Of a DNA stretch of 64,000 nucleotides, positions 37,987 through 50,674 are shown in pieces. The notes under the pieces were generated by a model that saw nothing but the letters and a program-made list of their open reading frames with translations, made no database searches and had not been told where the DNA came from. The translations under genes were made by a program, and so were the position numbers. This stretch comes from Squalus acanthias. Taxonomy: Eukaryota. Position 1 is the first letter of the stretch, and each line of letters begins with the position of its first letter. The DNA lies in the NCBI GenBank assembly GCA_030390025.1, contig CM059432.1, positions 10,354,001 through 10,418,000 of the forward strand, given 5' to 3'.

Positions 37987-39830
37987 ACAGCATGTATCAC
38001 TTTACATTTTTCTGCGTTAAATTTCATCTGCCACGTGTCCACCCATTTCACCAGCTTGTCTATGTCTTCTTGAAGTCTATCACTATCCTCCTCACTGTTC
38101 GCTATACTTCCAAGATTTGTGTCATCTGCAAATTTTGAAATTGTGCCCTGTACACCCATGTCCAAGTCATTAATACATATCAAGAAAAGCAGTGGTCCTA
38201 GAACCAGCCCCTGGGGAACACCACTGAATACCTTCCTCCAGTCCGAAAAACAACCGTTCACCACTACTCTCTGTTTCCTGTCACTTAGCCAATTCCGTAT
38301 CCATGCTGCCACTGTCCCTTTTATTCCTTGGGCTTCAACTTGCCTATTATGTGGCACTTTGTCGAAAGCCTTTTGAAAATCCATGTACACCACGTCAACT
38401 GCATTACCCTCATCAACCCTCTCTGTTACCTCATCAAAGAACGCAATCAAATTAGTTAAACACAATTTGCCTTTAACAAATCCATGCTGGCTTTCCTTAA
38501 TTAATCCACACCTATCCAAGTGACAGTTAATTTTGTCCCTGATTACTGTTTCTAAAAGCTTCCCCACTACCGAGGTAAAACTGACTGGCCTGTAGTTGCT
38601 GGGTTTATCTTTACATCCTTTTTTGAACAATGGTGTAACATTTGCAATTCTCTCGTCCTCTGGCACCACCCCTGTATCTAAGGAGGATTGGAATATTATG
38701 GTCAGTACCTCCACGATTTCCTCCCTCAATTCCCTCAGCATCCTAGGATGCATCCCATCCGCTCCTGGTGATTTATCTACTTTAAGTGCAGCCAGCCTTT
38801 CTGATACCTCCTCTTTATCAATTTTTATCCGATCAAGTATCTCCACTACCTCCTCCTTTACTATGTCTATGGCAGCATCCTCTTCCTTGGTGAAGACAGA
38901 TGCAATGTACTCATTTAGTACCTCAGCCATACCCTCTGCCTCCATGCATAGGTCTCCTTTTTGATCCCTAATCGGCCCCACCCCTCCTCTTACTACCCTT
39001 TTACTATTTATATGCCTATAGAAGACTTTTGGATAACATTTTATGTTGGCTGCCATTCTATTCTCATACCCTCTCTTTGCCCCTCTTATTTTCTTTTTCA
39101 CTTCTCCTCTGACCTTTCTAAATATAGCCTGATTCTCAGATGTATTTGCAAACTGACATCTGTCATACGCGCTCTTTTTCTGCTTCATCTTACTTTCTAT
39201 CTCTTTCATCATCCAGGGAGCCCTGACTTTAGTTGCCCTGCCTTTCCCACTAGTGGGAATGTACCTCGACTGTACCTGAACTATTTCCTCTTTAAAGGCA
39301 GCCCATTGTTCCATTCTAGTTTTGCCTGCCAATCTTTGATTCCAGTTTACCCGGGCCAGATCCGTTCTCATCCCACTGAAATTGGCCTTCCCCCAGTTAA
39401 ACATTTTTACTCTAGATTGCTCCCTGTCCTTTTGCTTAGCTAATCTAAACCTTATGATACTATGATCACTGTTCCCTAAATGTTCACCTACTGACACTTG
39501 CTCCACTTGACCCACCTGATTCCCCAGAACCAGATCCAGCAATGCCTACTTCCTCGTTGGGCCGGAAACACACTGATCAAGAAAATTCTCCTGAACACAC
39601 TTCAGAAATTCTTCGCCCTCTCTGCCCTTAACACTATTACTATCCCAGTCTATATTAGGATAGTTGAAGTCCCCCATTATCACTACTCTATAGTTCTTGC
39701 AGCTCTCTGTAATTTCTCTGCAAATTTGCTCCTCCATATCTTTCCCACTATTTGGTGGCCTATAGAATACACCTAGTAGTTTAAAGGCACCTCTATTATT
39801 TCTTAACTCTAGCCATATAGATTCTGTCTT
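37987..39830 (-). mobile_element. CR1 ORF2 fragment (endonuclease end and RT); continues at 44091-44197
   Basis: GDFNYPNIDW, SDH, NYRPVS, DFQKAFDKVPH, VPQG and FADD motifs. Confidence 0.95.
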
Positions 39831-40124
39831 CCTGGCTGCAATGCTCCATCTCACCCTCAGTAAGCTCCCCGCTGGAGTGGAGCTAATCTACAGCAGCAAC
39901 AGCGGCGGCAGCAGTGCGGACCTGGGAGGAGCGGCGAGGCGGCGGCGGTGGTACCAACTCAACACCGGCAGAATTTGCAAAGAGTGACGTCAGAAGTCAA
40001 AAGTGACGTCGGCACAAGGGGAGGGAGCTGATTGGTGAATATTTGATATGTGTTTTTACTTGGCTTTCTTAAAGTTTTTAAGTTTATTCCAGCTAGGTTA
40101 GTAAATAGTCTGTTAATTAGAGGT

Positions 40125-41075
40125 ATGGCAGGGCAGCTCACACCCGTGGAATGCACATCCTGTGCCAGGTGGGAAGTCCTGGACACCTCCCGTGGTCTGG
40201 ACGACCACATGTGCGGGAAGTGTCGCCAGCTACAGCAGCTCGAGCACCGGGTTACGGAGCTTGAGCGGCGGCTGCAGTCACGGCTGTGCATCCGCGAGGC
40301 TGAGAGCTACGTGGATAGCACGTTTCAGGAGGTGGTCACCCCACAGCTTAAGAGTGTGCAGGCAGAAAGGGAATGGGTGACCGTCAGATAGAAGAGGAGG
40401 ACCAAGCAGGTAGTGCAGGAGTCCCCTGAGCCCATCTTGCTCACCAACCAGTATTCGGTGCTGAGTACTGGTGAGGGCGATGGTTCCTCTGGGGAGTGCA
40501 CCCAGAGCCAAGTCCACAGCACCATGGAAGGCTCAGCTGCACAGGCGAGGGGGAAGAGGAGAGGGAGAGCAATAGTGATAGGGGATTCAATAGTTAGGGG
40601 AGCAGGCAGGCGTTTCTGCGGCCGCAGACGTGACTCCAGGTTGGTATGTTGCCTCCCTGGTTCCAGGGTCAAGGATGTCACTGAGCAGCTGCAGGGCATT
40701 CTGAGGGGGGAGGGTGAACAGCCACAGGTCATGGTCTATATCGTTACCAACGACATAGGTACGAAGAGGGATGAGGTCCTGCAGGCAGAGTTTAGGGAGC
40801 TAGGAAAGAGGTTAAAAAGCAGAACCTCAAAGGTAGTAATCTCCGGATTACTACCAGTGCCACGTGCTAGTGAGTTCAGAAATAGGAAGATAGAGCAGAT
40901 GAATGTGTGGCTGGAGAGATGGTGTAGGAGGGGGGGCTTTAGATTCCTGAGGAATTGGAACCGTTTCTGGGAGAGGTGGGACCTCTACAAGCCAGACGGG
41001 TTGCACCTCAACGGGAACGGGACCAATATCCTTGCGGGAGGGTTTGCTAGTGCTGTTGGGGAGGGTTTAAACTAG
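40125..41075 (+). pseudogene. CR1 ORF1 (CxxC..CxxC zinc finger, coiled coil, SGNH esterase-like domain), one internal stop at 40389-40391
   Basis: CTSC...CGKC, then VIGDSIVR, TND and DGLHLN motifs. Confidence 0.9.
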
Positions 41076-44006
41076 CTTGGCAGGGGGATGGGAACCTAAG
41101 TATAGAGTCAATAGGGAGGGAAGAAAAACTGGAATTGGAAAGCAAAAACGTAGAAAGTAAATTGGAAGGACAGAGGAATAAAGGGCTAGATAGTAGTCAA
41201 CAAGGAGGTTTGCCTGTACTAAATGGTATATACTTCAATGCAAAGAGTATAGCGAACAAGGCAGAAGAGCTGAGGGCACAGGTACATACTTGGGACTATG
41301 ATATTATAGCTATTACAGAGACATGGCTGAAAGAGGGGCAGGTATGGCAGCTCAACATTCCTGGTTACAGGATTTTCAGACGGGATAGAGAGGGAGGTAA
41401 AAAGGGAGGGGGGGTCACGGTATTGATTAAATAAACTATTACAGCTGTGAGGAGGGATGATATGTTGGAGGGATCATCAAACGAAGCCATATGGGTCGAA
41501 TTGAAAAACAAAAAAGGGGTGATCACACTGCTGGGAGTGTACTACAGACCCCCAAACAGTGAGAGGGAGATAGAAGAACAAATATGGAGACAAATTTCTG
41601 AGAAGTGCAAAAACTATAGGGCAGTAATAGTAGGGGATTTCAACTACCCCAATATTAACTGGGATAAAATTAGTGTGAAGGGTATAGAAGGTGCGGAATT
41701 CCTAAAATGCATCCAGGAGAACTTTTTTAGCCAGTATGTAGCAAGCCCAACAAGGGAGGGGGTGGTTCTGGACTTAGTTTTAGGGAATGAAGCTGGGCAG
41801 GTAGAAGGCGTATCAGTGGGGGAGCATTTTGGTGCTAGTGACCATAAGGTAGTTATGGAAAAGGAAAAGGATAGACCAGGAATAAAAATTCTAAATTGGG
41901 GAAAAGCAAATTTTGCTAAGCTCAGAGGGGATTTAGCCATAGTGGACTGGAAACAGCTACTTGAAGGTAAATCAGTGTCAGAGCAGTGGGAGGCATTCAA
42001 GGAGGAGATCCGGAGGGTTCAGACCAAATATGTGCCCTTAAAGAAAAAAGGTGGGACTAACAAATCTAGAGCCCCCTGGATGTCTAGGGACATACAGGGT
42101 AGGATAAAGAAAAAAAGGCAGGCATATGACAGATACCAAGGGCTAAATACTCCAGAATCTTTAGAGGAGTACAGAAAGTGCAGGGGTGCAATTAAAAATG
42201 ATATTAGGAAAGCAAAGAGAGAGCATGAAAAATTCTTGGCAAGTAAATTCAAGGAAAACCCAAAGATGTTTTATAAATATAATAAGAGTAAGAGGATAAC
42301 TAAAGAAAGGGTAGGGCCTATTAGAGATCATGAAGGTAATCTGTGTGTGGAGGCGGGAGACGTTGGTAGGGTTCTTAATGAATACTTTGTGTCTGTTTTC
42401 ACAAAGGAGAGGGGAGAAGCAGACATTGCTATCAGGGGGGAGAAGTGTGAAATATTAGATGAAATAAACTATTGAGAGAGGAAGTATTAAGGGGTTTAGC
42501 AGCTTTAAAAGTGGATAAATCCCCAGGCCCGGATGAAATGTATCCCAGGCTGTTAAGCGAAGCAAAAGAGGAAATAGCAGAGGCCCTCACCATCATTTTT
42601 CAATCCTCTCTGGCATCAGGTGTGGTGCCGGAGGACTGGAGGTCTGCTAATGTGGTACCCTTGTTTAAAAAGGGAGAAAAGGGTAGACCGAGTAATTACA
42701 GGCCAGTCAGCATAACCTCGGTGGTGGGAAAATTATTGGAAAGAATTCTGAAGGACAGGATAAATCTTCATTTAGAAAGACACGGATTAATCAAGGATAG
42801 TCAGCACGGATTTGTAAAGGGAAGGTCGTGTCTGACAAAATTGATTGAAATTTTTGAGGCGGTAACAAGGAGGGTAGATGAGGGTAGTGCATTTGATGTA
42901 GTGTATATGGACTTTAGCAAGGCTTTTGATAAGGTTCCACTTGGCAGACTGGTCACGAAGTTAAAAGCCCATGGGATCCAGGGCAAAGTGTCAAGTTGGA
43001 TTCAAAACTGGCTCGGAGACAGTAAACAGAGGGTAATGGTTGATGGATGTGTTTGTGACTGGAAGGCTGTTTCCAGTGGGGTTCCGCAGGGCTCAGTACT
43101 AGGTCTCTTGCTTTTTGTGGTATATATCAACGATCTTGACTTGAATATAGGGGGTATGATTAAGAAGTTTGCAGATGATACTAAAATCGGCTGTGTGGTT
43201 GATACTGAAGAAGGAAGCTGTAGACTGCAGGAAGATATCAATAAATTGGTCAGGTGGGCAGAACAGTGGCAAATGGAATTCAATCCGGAGAAGTGTGAGG
43301 CAATGCATTTGGGGAGGGCTAACAAAGAAAGGGAATACACATTAAATGGTAGGACACTGAGTAATGTAGAGCAACAAAGGAACCTTGGAGTGCATGTCCA
43401 CAGATCCCTGAAGGTAGCAGGCCAAGTAGATAAGGTGGTTAAGAAGGCATATGGAATGCTTGCCTTTATTAACCGTGGCATAGAATACAAGAGCAGGGGG
43501 GTTATGCTTCAACTGTATAAAACACTAGTTAGGCCTCAGCTAGAGTACTGCGTGCAGTTCTGGTCACCACATTACAGGAAAGATGTGATTGTACTCGAGA
43601 GGGTACAGAGGAGATTTACAAGGATGTTGCTGGGAGTAGAGAATCTTAGCTATGAGGAAAGACTGGATAGGCTGGATCTGTTTTCCTTGGAACAGAGGAG
43701 GTGAGGGGAGACCTTATTGAGGTGTATAAAATTATGAGGGGCCTAGATAAAGTGGATAGAAAGGACCTATTTCCCTTAGCAGAGGGGTCAAAAACCAGGG
43801 GGCACAGATTTAAAGTAATTGGGGGAAGGTTTAGAGGGAATTTGAGGGGAAATTTCTTCACCCAGAGGGTTGTGGGGGTCTGGAACTCACTGCCTGAGAG
43901 GGTGGTAGAAACAGGAACCCTAACCACATTTAAAAAGTACTTGGATGTGCACTTGGGATGCTGTAACCTGCAGGGCTACGGACCAAGAGCTGGGAAGTGG
44001 GATTAG
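41076..44006 (+). pseudogene. CR1 ORF2 (APE endonuclease and RT) with one stop and two frameshifts
   Basis: ORF pieces 41135, 41447, 42472 and 43701 carry ITETWL, GDFN, SDH, VPQGS and FADD. Confidence 0.95.
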
Positions 44007-44514
44007 GCTGGATAGCACTTTGTTGGCCGGCGCGGACACAATGGGCTGAAATGACCTCCTTCCGTGCTGTAACTTTCTATGATTCTATGACCCCTCCAGA
44101 ACATCCTCCCTCTCCAGCACTGTAACATTCTGCTTGACCAATACTGCCACACCGCCTCCTATCTTTCCTTCCCTATCTTTCCTGAACACTTTATATTGAA
44201 TCAGTATCCACCACCCTACCAGGCAGTGCATTCCAACTCCTAACCATTGAAAACTTCTGATCAACAGAACTCGTATTCCTTTCTCTGCATCGCTCCGTCA
44301 AGTGTTTAAACCTTCTAACAATGATTGTTGCTGCCTCCCAAATCCTGGACACATTTTCCCCATTCTCTTCATCCAGTTAAAATCACCAACTTAACACTTT
44401 GTGTACCAGGACATCTCCATTTCTAACTTTCCCCACTTATTTTTTTAAGCCTGCAAAATACTTTGGTGATATGAATGTTTAACATGTTTGGATGCCATTG
44501 TTTTGCCTTTTTTT

Positions 44515-44940
44515 TTAAGTTATTCATTCACAGGCCAGCATTTATTGCCCATCCCTAATTGCCCTTGAGAAGGTGGTGGTGAGCCACCTTCTTGAACCGC
44601 TGCAGTCCATCATAGCAGGGTTTTTTTTGGCCATTTCAGCGGGCAGTTAAGAGTCAACCACATTGCTGTGGGTCTGGAGTCACATATAGGCCAGACCGGG
44701 TAAGGGCAGCAGATTTCTTTCCCTGAAGGGGCATTAGTGAACCAGATAGTTTTTTTACAACAATCCAGAAGTTTCATGGTCACCATTACTGATACTAGCT
44801 TTTTATTCCAGATTTATTTAATCAACTGAATTTAAATTCCCTAGTTGCCGTGGTGGGCATTATGAACTCGTGTCTCTGGATCATTAGTCCAGCCTCTGGA
44901 TTACTAGTCCAGTAACATAACCACTACGCTACCGTACCCG
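44515..44940 (-). mobile_element. SINE sharing its 3' tail with the 4183-5418 LINE (other copies about 56775-57090 and 62570-62940 on +)
   Basis: Shared core AAAAGCT.GT.TCAGTAATGGTGACCATGAA..GGTTCACTAATG and tail GGGCAATTAGGGATGGGCAATAAATGCTGGCC. Confidence 0.75.
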
Positions 44941-47538
44941 CATTATTTTAATGGAGACATGAACCCATTTAACAAAAACAACAACATCAACTTGTATTGA
45001 AATAACACCTTTAACGTAGTAAAACGTCCCAAGGCGCTGTGCAGGAGCGATATAAAACAAAATTTGACATCGAGCCACAGAAGGAGAAATTAGGGCAGAT
45101 GACCAAAAGCTTGGTCAAAGAGGTAGGTTATAAGGAGCGTCTTAAAGGAGGAAAGAGAGGTAGAGAGGCGGAGAGGTTTAGGCAGGGAATTCCAGAGCTT
45201 AGGGCCTAGGCAGCTGAAGGCACGGCCACCAATGGTTGAACGATTAAGAATATAAGAACATAAGAAGTAAGAGCAGGAGTAGGCCATACGGCCCCTCGAG
45301 CCTGCTCCGCCATTCAATAAGATCATGGCTGATCATCGACCTCAACTCCATTTTCCCGCCCGATCTCCATATCCCTTGATTCCCCTAGAGTCCAAAAATC
45401 TATCGATCTCAGCCTTGAATATACTCAACGACTCAGCATCCACAGGACTCTAGGGTAGAGAATTCGAAAGATTCACAACCCTCTGAGTGAAGAAATTCTT
45501 CCTCATCTCAGTCTTAAATGACCTCAGGGATGCTCAAGAGACCAGAATTAGAGGAGCGCAGATATCTCGTGGGGTTGTGGGGCTGGAGGATATTACAGAG
45601 ATAGGAAGGGGCGAGACCATGGAGGGATTTGAAAACAAGGATGAGAATTTTGAAATCAAGGCGATGCTTTACCGGGATCCAATGTAGGTCAGCGAGCACG
45701 GGGGTGATGGGTGAACGGGACTTGGTGCGAGTTAGGACACGGGCAGCCTGTAGGGTTTGGCCGGTGCCAACATCAGTGGGTTCATGTGCCTCAAGGATTT
45801 TTGGACTTTTATAATGGATATGTACCCTTTTAAAATGGAGACGGTAGGGGGTGGTGGTTTGTGTCAGCTTTGCCTCTGACTTCTGAGCGGTTCGAATCGC
45901 TCCCACTCCCTTGGTTCTAGACCTTGGACTTATTTGGGGGTTGTGATACAAAGGTGCAGCAGACAACTGAGTTTGATGAAAGAACTTCAATCTTTATTAA
46001 AAAGGTAAGACACAAATAATAACACTCTTAACACTCTAAAGGTGGGGAACACTTCGGTACAAGCGAGGGAAATAACAGTAGAACAATACTTCACCCCTCC
46101 CAACCCCACTTTACTAGCTAAGTTAGGTTTTGAAGGACCAGGGATAATGCTCACCAATCCTTTGACAGTTGGGCTAAATCGCAGTTTTGGGGTTCGCTGT
46201 TTATGGCGGTTAGTGTCTGCTGTACCCCGTACGCGCTAGAGGACTTCACCTGGGCCTCTGGTCAGTCTTCGCGAGTCCGCTGATGCGGTAGGATGTCGTT
46301 ATGGATTTATCTGGTGAGTACCCAATTTCTTTGGTTTAGCTTAGAGTCTTTGGGGAAAATCTTACCCAGGGGTAAGTCAGGAGTAGTTTGTAATGTGGAA
46401 ACTTTGCGGTTCTTCGGGTTTTCTTCCCTGGAGTTGGTCTTTGTTGGTCGCGGTGGCCTGCTATTACCCGGTCAGTTGGGGGTAATGCGCGGTTGTTGGT
46501 TTCGTGAGGCCTTTGGTTTCCGCGATGGCTTTAGGCCTTGGTTGGTGTGTCGGTCGACCTTGTGGAGCCGTCAATGTCTTCTTGCTGCTTGTTGCTCCGG
46601 GTGACTGTGTTGGGACCGTTGTTGGAGGTCCGTCGAGGTGGTATCTTCACGGGCTGGACTCAGGTGTGTCTGAGTGGTGAGCGATGCCGAATCGCTTCCA
46701 GCTCGGGTTTTCTTCTTCCTGGTTTCTTCTTCTTCTGATGACCACCGGTTGCGACTGACGACTCGACCTTGAACTGCTTGATGGGCCTTCAATTATACTA
46801 AATTGAAGTGGCCTTATCTACCTGCCAAATCTACTCAGTTCATTGTCTGGTTTTTGGCGGGCTCGTAAATCGGTAACGACTTACTAGCACGTTAACTGGG
46901 TTTTTAACAGGCCTTCAATCTCACCCATTGAACATGGCCTTATCTACCCACTAAATCTACTCAGTTCATTGTCTGAATTTTGGCGGGCCTGTTACCAGTA
47001 ACTGCTCTGTAAGTGTCAAATGGGTTTTGGGATGGCTTGCATCCTGTCGATCTCCTTGGTTGATCACTGGTGATTGGTTTCGTGTTTTGGGTTTCTAGGC
47101 TGGACTCGGTCTTTTCTATAGAATGGTCCCGAGTGGGTTTTATTATGCATGTTTCTGATGGGCCCTGTAATCGGTTTGATGGGGCCTGTATTTTGGGTGG
47201 GACTGTCTTTTCCCAGGGTCTATTGTTCAAATGTTAATGTCTGCTGGGGCTTGAGTGAGGTCATCCCGGTTCCCCAGACAGTGCAATTAACGGCAATAAC
47301 CAAACTGCTTTTACAGAGGTCGAACCCCCCTCCTTGTCCCTTTACAGACCCAGACATAGTTTTAAAATGCCAAAACTTGGTTTTTGGTCTCAAATTCCTT
47401 AGGTTAGGCCCAAATGCAATTTTATCACTCTGAGGTAGTTCCAAAGTCCTTTTTCATTAAGTTTTGGGGATCTGCAAATTTTGGAAACCTTACAAGACGC
47501 AGGTGGGCTGCATTTTAAAAATGGAGTTTGGACTTTTG

Positions 47539-48424
47539 GGGGTAAAAATTAGGTCGCGCCCCATTTGGGCCGCAAATATCGTCTGGACGCAAATATTAGC
47601 GCCTGGCGCTAATTATCGGCACTGACTGGAAACTTCACTTTTACCGCCCCGGGAGGTGAGTGGAGCGCTAAATCAGGCGCTGCACACCTGTCTTAAGGCG
47701 CAAAGGCCAAGGAGTGAGGCGCTAACTCAGAGCGCTGGCGAAGCTCATGTAATGTCAGTCAGCAATGGAACACACACACAATGGCACGGGCCAGTTCTTA
47801 AAGGGGATGGTTAATCTTGCTTTCCATCCACATCCTGTTCATTGCAGCCTTGAATCTCGGCCTGGAGAGACTTGCACATCAAATGTGCTGGAAAGAACAA
47901 TGGAGAATACCAGGCAAAGAGCTCAGAGTGCAGCTCCCACAGTCTCTGCTAAATCGATACAAGGAATGGCAAATCAAAATGAACCTGCAAAGTGCTGCTC
48001 AGTACCCAAAACTCCTTCACACAACGTTGAATCTCTCCAGAAGTCTCTCCCTCTCTCTCTCAGAATGCGTAATTCAAAAATGCCACCAACAATAAAAGAC
48101 AGGAAGAGGCCCCCTTTAAATAGCGCCCCCCCCCCCCCAGCCCCACAGCGATTGATAGCGTTCCAGTCTTCTGGTCGTTGGATGCGCCAGGCGGCGCCAC
48201 TCGATTTCCGCTCCGGGGCGCCACAAGGGCGTTGCACCATGGAATGATGTCACAATCTGCGCGCGCAGGTGGTCGCAGCGGTAAAGTTTAGTGCCGCCAC
48301 ACAATCTCTAGTTAAGTTCCCGAGCGGCGCAAACATCGCTGCGCCCGGGCGTTAGCGGCTTTGCGCCCCATTAGCGCCCTCTTAAGGCGCTAACGGGAGG
48401 CGCAACCAACTGAATTTTTACCCC
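47539..48424. mobile_element. Non-autonomous Harbinger derivative (family D), ends nearly identical to the autonomous element
   Basis: TIRs GGGGTAAAAATT / AATTTTTACCCC; TSD TTG. Confidence 0.92.
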
Positions 48425-50674
48425 TTGGACTTTAAAAGAGACTGCCTGTTGGTTTCTGTGAAGATAGCAGGAACTGTCTGTCTTTTGGATTGCCATGGGA
48501 CCTGTCTCAATGCTGACGTCATGAAAGGCAGGAGCCTTTTCATATTCGAACTTGTGTGATTTGGGGAAAACCACCTTTTGTCCATGGAGCCAGGATGCCT
48601 GGATGGACAATGAGGTTTGCAGGCCAAAAGTAACACCTCTGGACTCTTTCAATGATGGAGCAGTCAAGAACTTAACAGTTAGCAATTTGAGAACTGCTCA
48701 TCTACAGTAATGGCCTACCATTGTTTTCTTCAAGATGATGAATCCAAGACAGAGACATCACCAGGTAAACCAACTAGCATCTCAGCGACCATGGTAACCA
48801 GGAATCGCCCAGCAAGTTTTGTGTATTGCACGGGGTATAAACATGCTGAACTTTGGGGATGCAGGGCTTGCTTGCTTTTCTCTACCATCTGTAATGGGGG
48901 TTCTCCGCGTAACTACGCGTCTGTCAACTCTCCAGGAACGCCCGAAGTGAGTGCCTCGTCGTACCGCCTGAACGTAACTCTCTAGGCCTCATCGCATGCC
49001 TCTGTTAGGCACAGTTTTGTCTCTGGAGTCGAACGGAGCCGGGACCGCGTGAATCAACGACAAGGGCTGGTAATTATATCCAGCATACACCTCTAGAAAT
49101 CCCCAGGACGCCCGCTTGTTTTGCTGCTGAGGAACTGCAAGTGTCCAAGACGCAGGCTAACACGTGTGTGTGTGTGAGGAGGCTTCCAAGTGTGGGTTCT
49201 GACCAAACCGGGAGAGGGGTTTAGTTAGAAGGGTTTTTCCCTTATCTAGGCTTAGATTCTGGGAAGGGGTTGGTTCGGCGTAACCAACAGGGTGGGTATT
49301 TTATTCTAAAGTTATAAGCTAGTGTCCACGGTCACCTATTCGTTCTGCCATAAGCGAGAGGAGTAGGGATTGTCATTTTTGTGAATGTAATAAAAGGAAT
49401 CGATCTTTGACCAACCTGAACCATTTTGTTTTGCCTGAATCATTTATAATGGCCCGAAAATTAGACCTAATACGCGAGAGTACGCACTGTGTACTCTCGC
49501 GTTTTAGGTCTCCAATTGCCGGTTTCCTGCATGCACTGCGCATGCGCGGGAAACCGGCACTTCTTGAATTCAAAAGGGGGCGGTTCCTAAGTGAACCGCG
49601 TGCCCACTACAGGCTGTGCGCACGCAGTGCACTTAGTGCTTTGAACGCGCAGGTAAGCATGGAAGATTTTACACATAAAGAAAGGAGGCGTAAGAGCCTC
49701 TTTTAACAAGGTAAGTAGTTAATTAAGTATTATTTTAAATTTTTTTCAACAGGTTTATCTTTTTTAGAGACTTTAAAGAAAGGTAAGTTTATTTTTATAA
49801 CTTTTAAAAAGATTTTAAATTTTTTCAAAAATTTAATTTTTTGTTTAATGTGGTTAATTTATTTAACTATACTTATTTTATTAATGTGATGGTTTTTTTT
49901 AAAATTTAATTGAGGTTTAGCTGTTCTTTTGGGGGTGTGTAGGATTCATAGCTTTCACAGCCCTTGCTGTTAAAGCTATGAATGAAAGATGGTGTGCTGC
50001 CATTGACTCTAACTGAATCACGTGATCCCAGAGCTCGCACGAACTAATTGCGTCTCTGGGTCACGCAAGCACTGCACAGCTGCAGCCTTGAAACTAAAGT
50101 TCGTGTGGGCCCGGAGGAAAAAGGTAGGTGCGGAGTGAGATATCGCGGGGAAGCCTTACCCCGGGATAAAAATTCACTTGGTTGCGCCTCCCGTTAGCGC
50201 CTTAAGAGGGCGCTAATGGGGCGTTAAGCCGCTAACGCCCGGGCGTAGCGATGTTTGCGCCGCTCGAGAACTTAACTTGAGATTGTGCGGCGGCGCTAAA
50301 ACTTACCGCTGCGACCACCTGCGCGCGCAGATTGTGACGTCATTCCATGGTGCAACGCCCTTGGGGCGCCCCGGAGCGGAAATTGAGTGGCGCCCCCTGC
50401 CTTACCGCCTGGCGCTTCCAACGACCGGAAGACTGGAACGTTATCAATCGGTGTGGGGCTGGGGGGGGCGCTATTTAAAGGGGGCCTCTTCCTGTCTTTT
50501 TCTGTGGTCGACATTTATGCACCACTCGTTCTGAGAGAGAGAGAGAGATTCGGAGAGAGAGAGAGAGAGACTTCTACATTGACTCAACGCTTTGTGAGGT
50601 AGTTTTGCCTAGTTCATCCTAACTTTGTTGCTACTTTAGTTGCTGTACCTCATTACTTTTCTGGCAAAGAGAAT

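Larger units (their letters stand above)
39831..44090 (+). mobile_element. Full-length CR1 LINE (5' UTR, ORF1, ORF2, tail), inactivated
   Basis: Interrupts the minus-strand CR1 mid-ORF; GC-rich 5' UTR; ends TTCTATGATTCTATGA. Confidence 0.93.
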
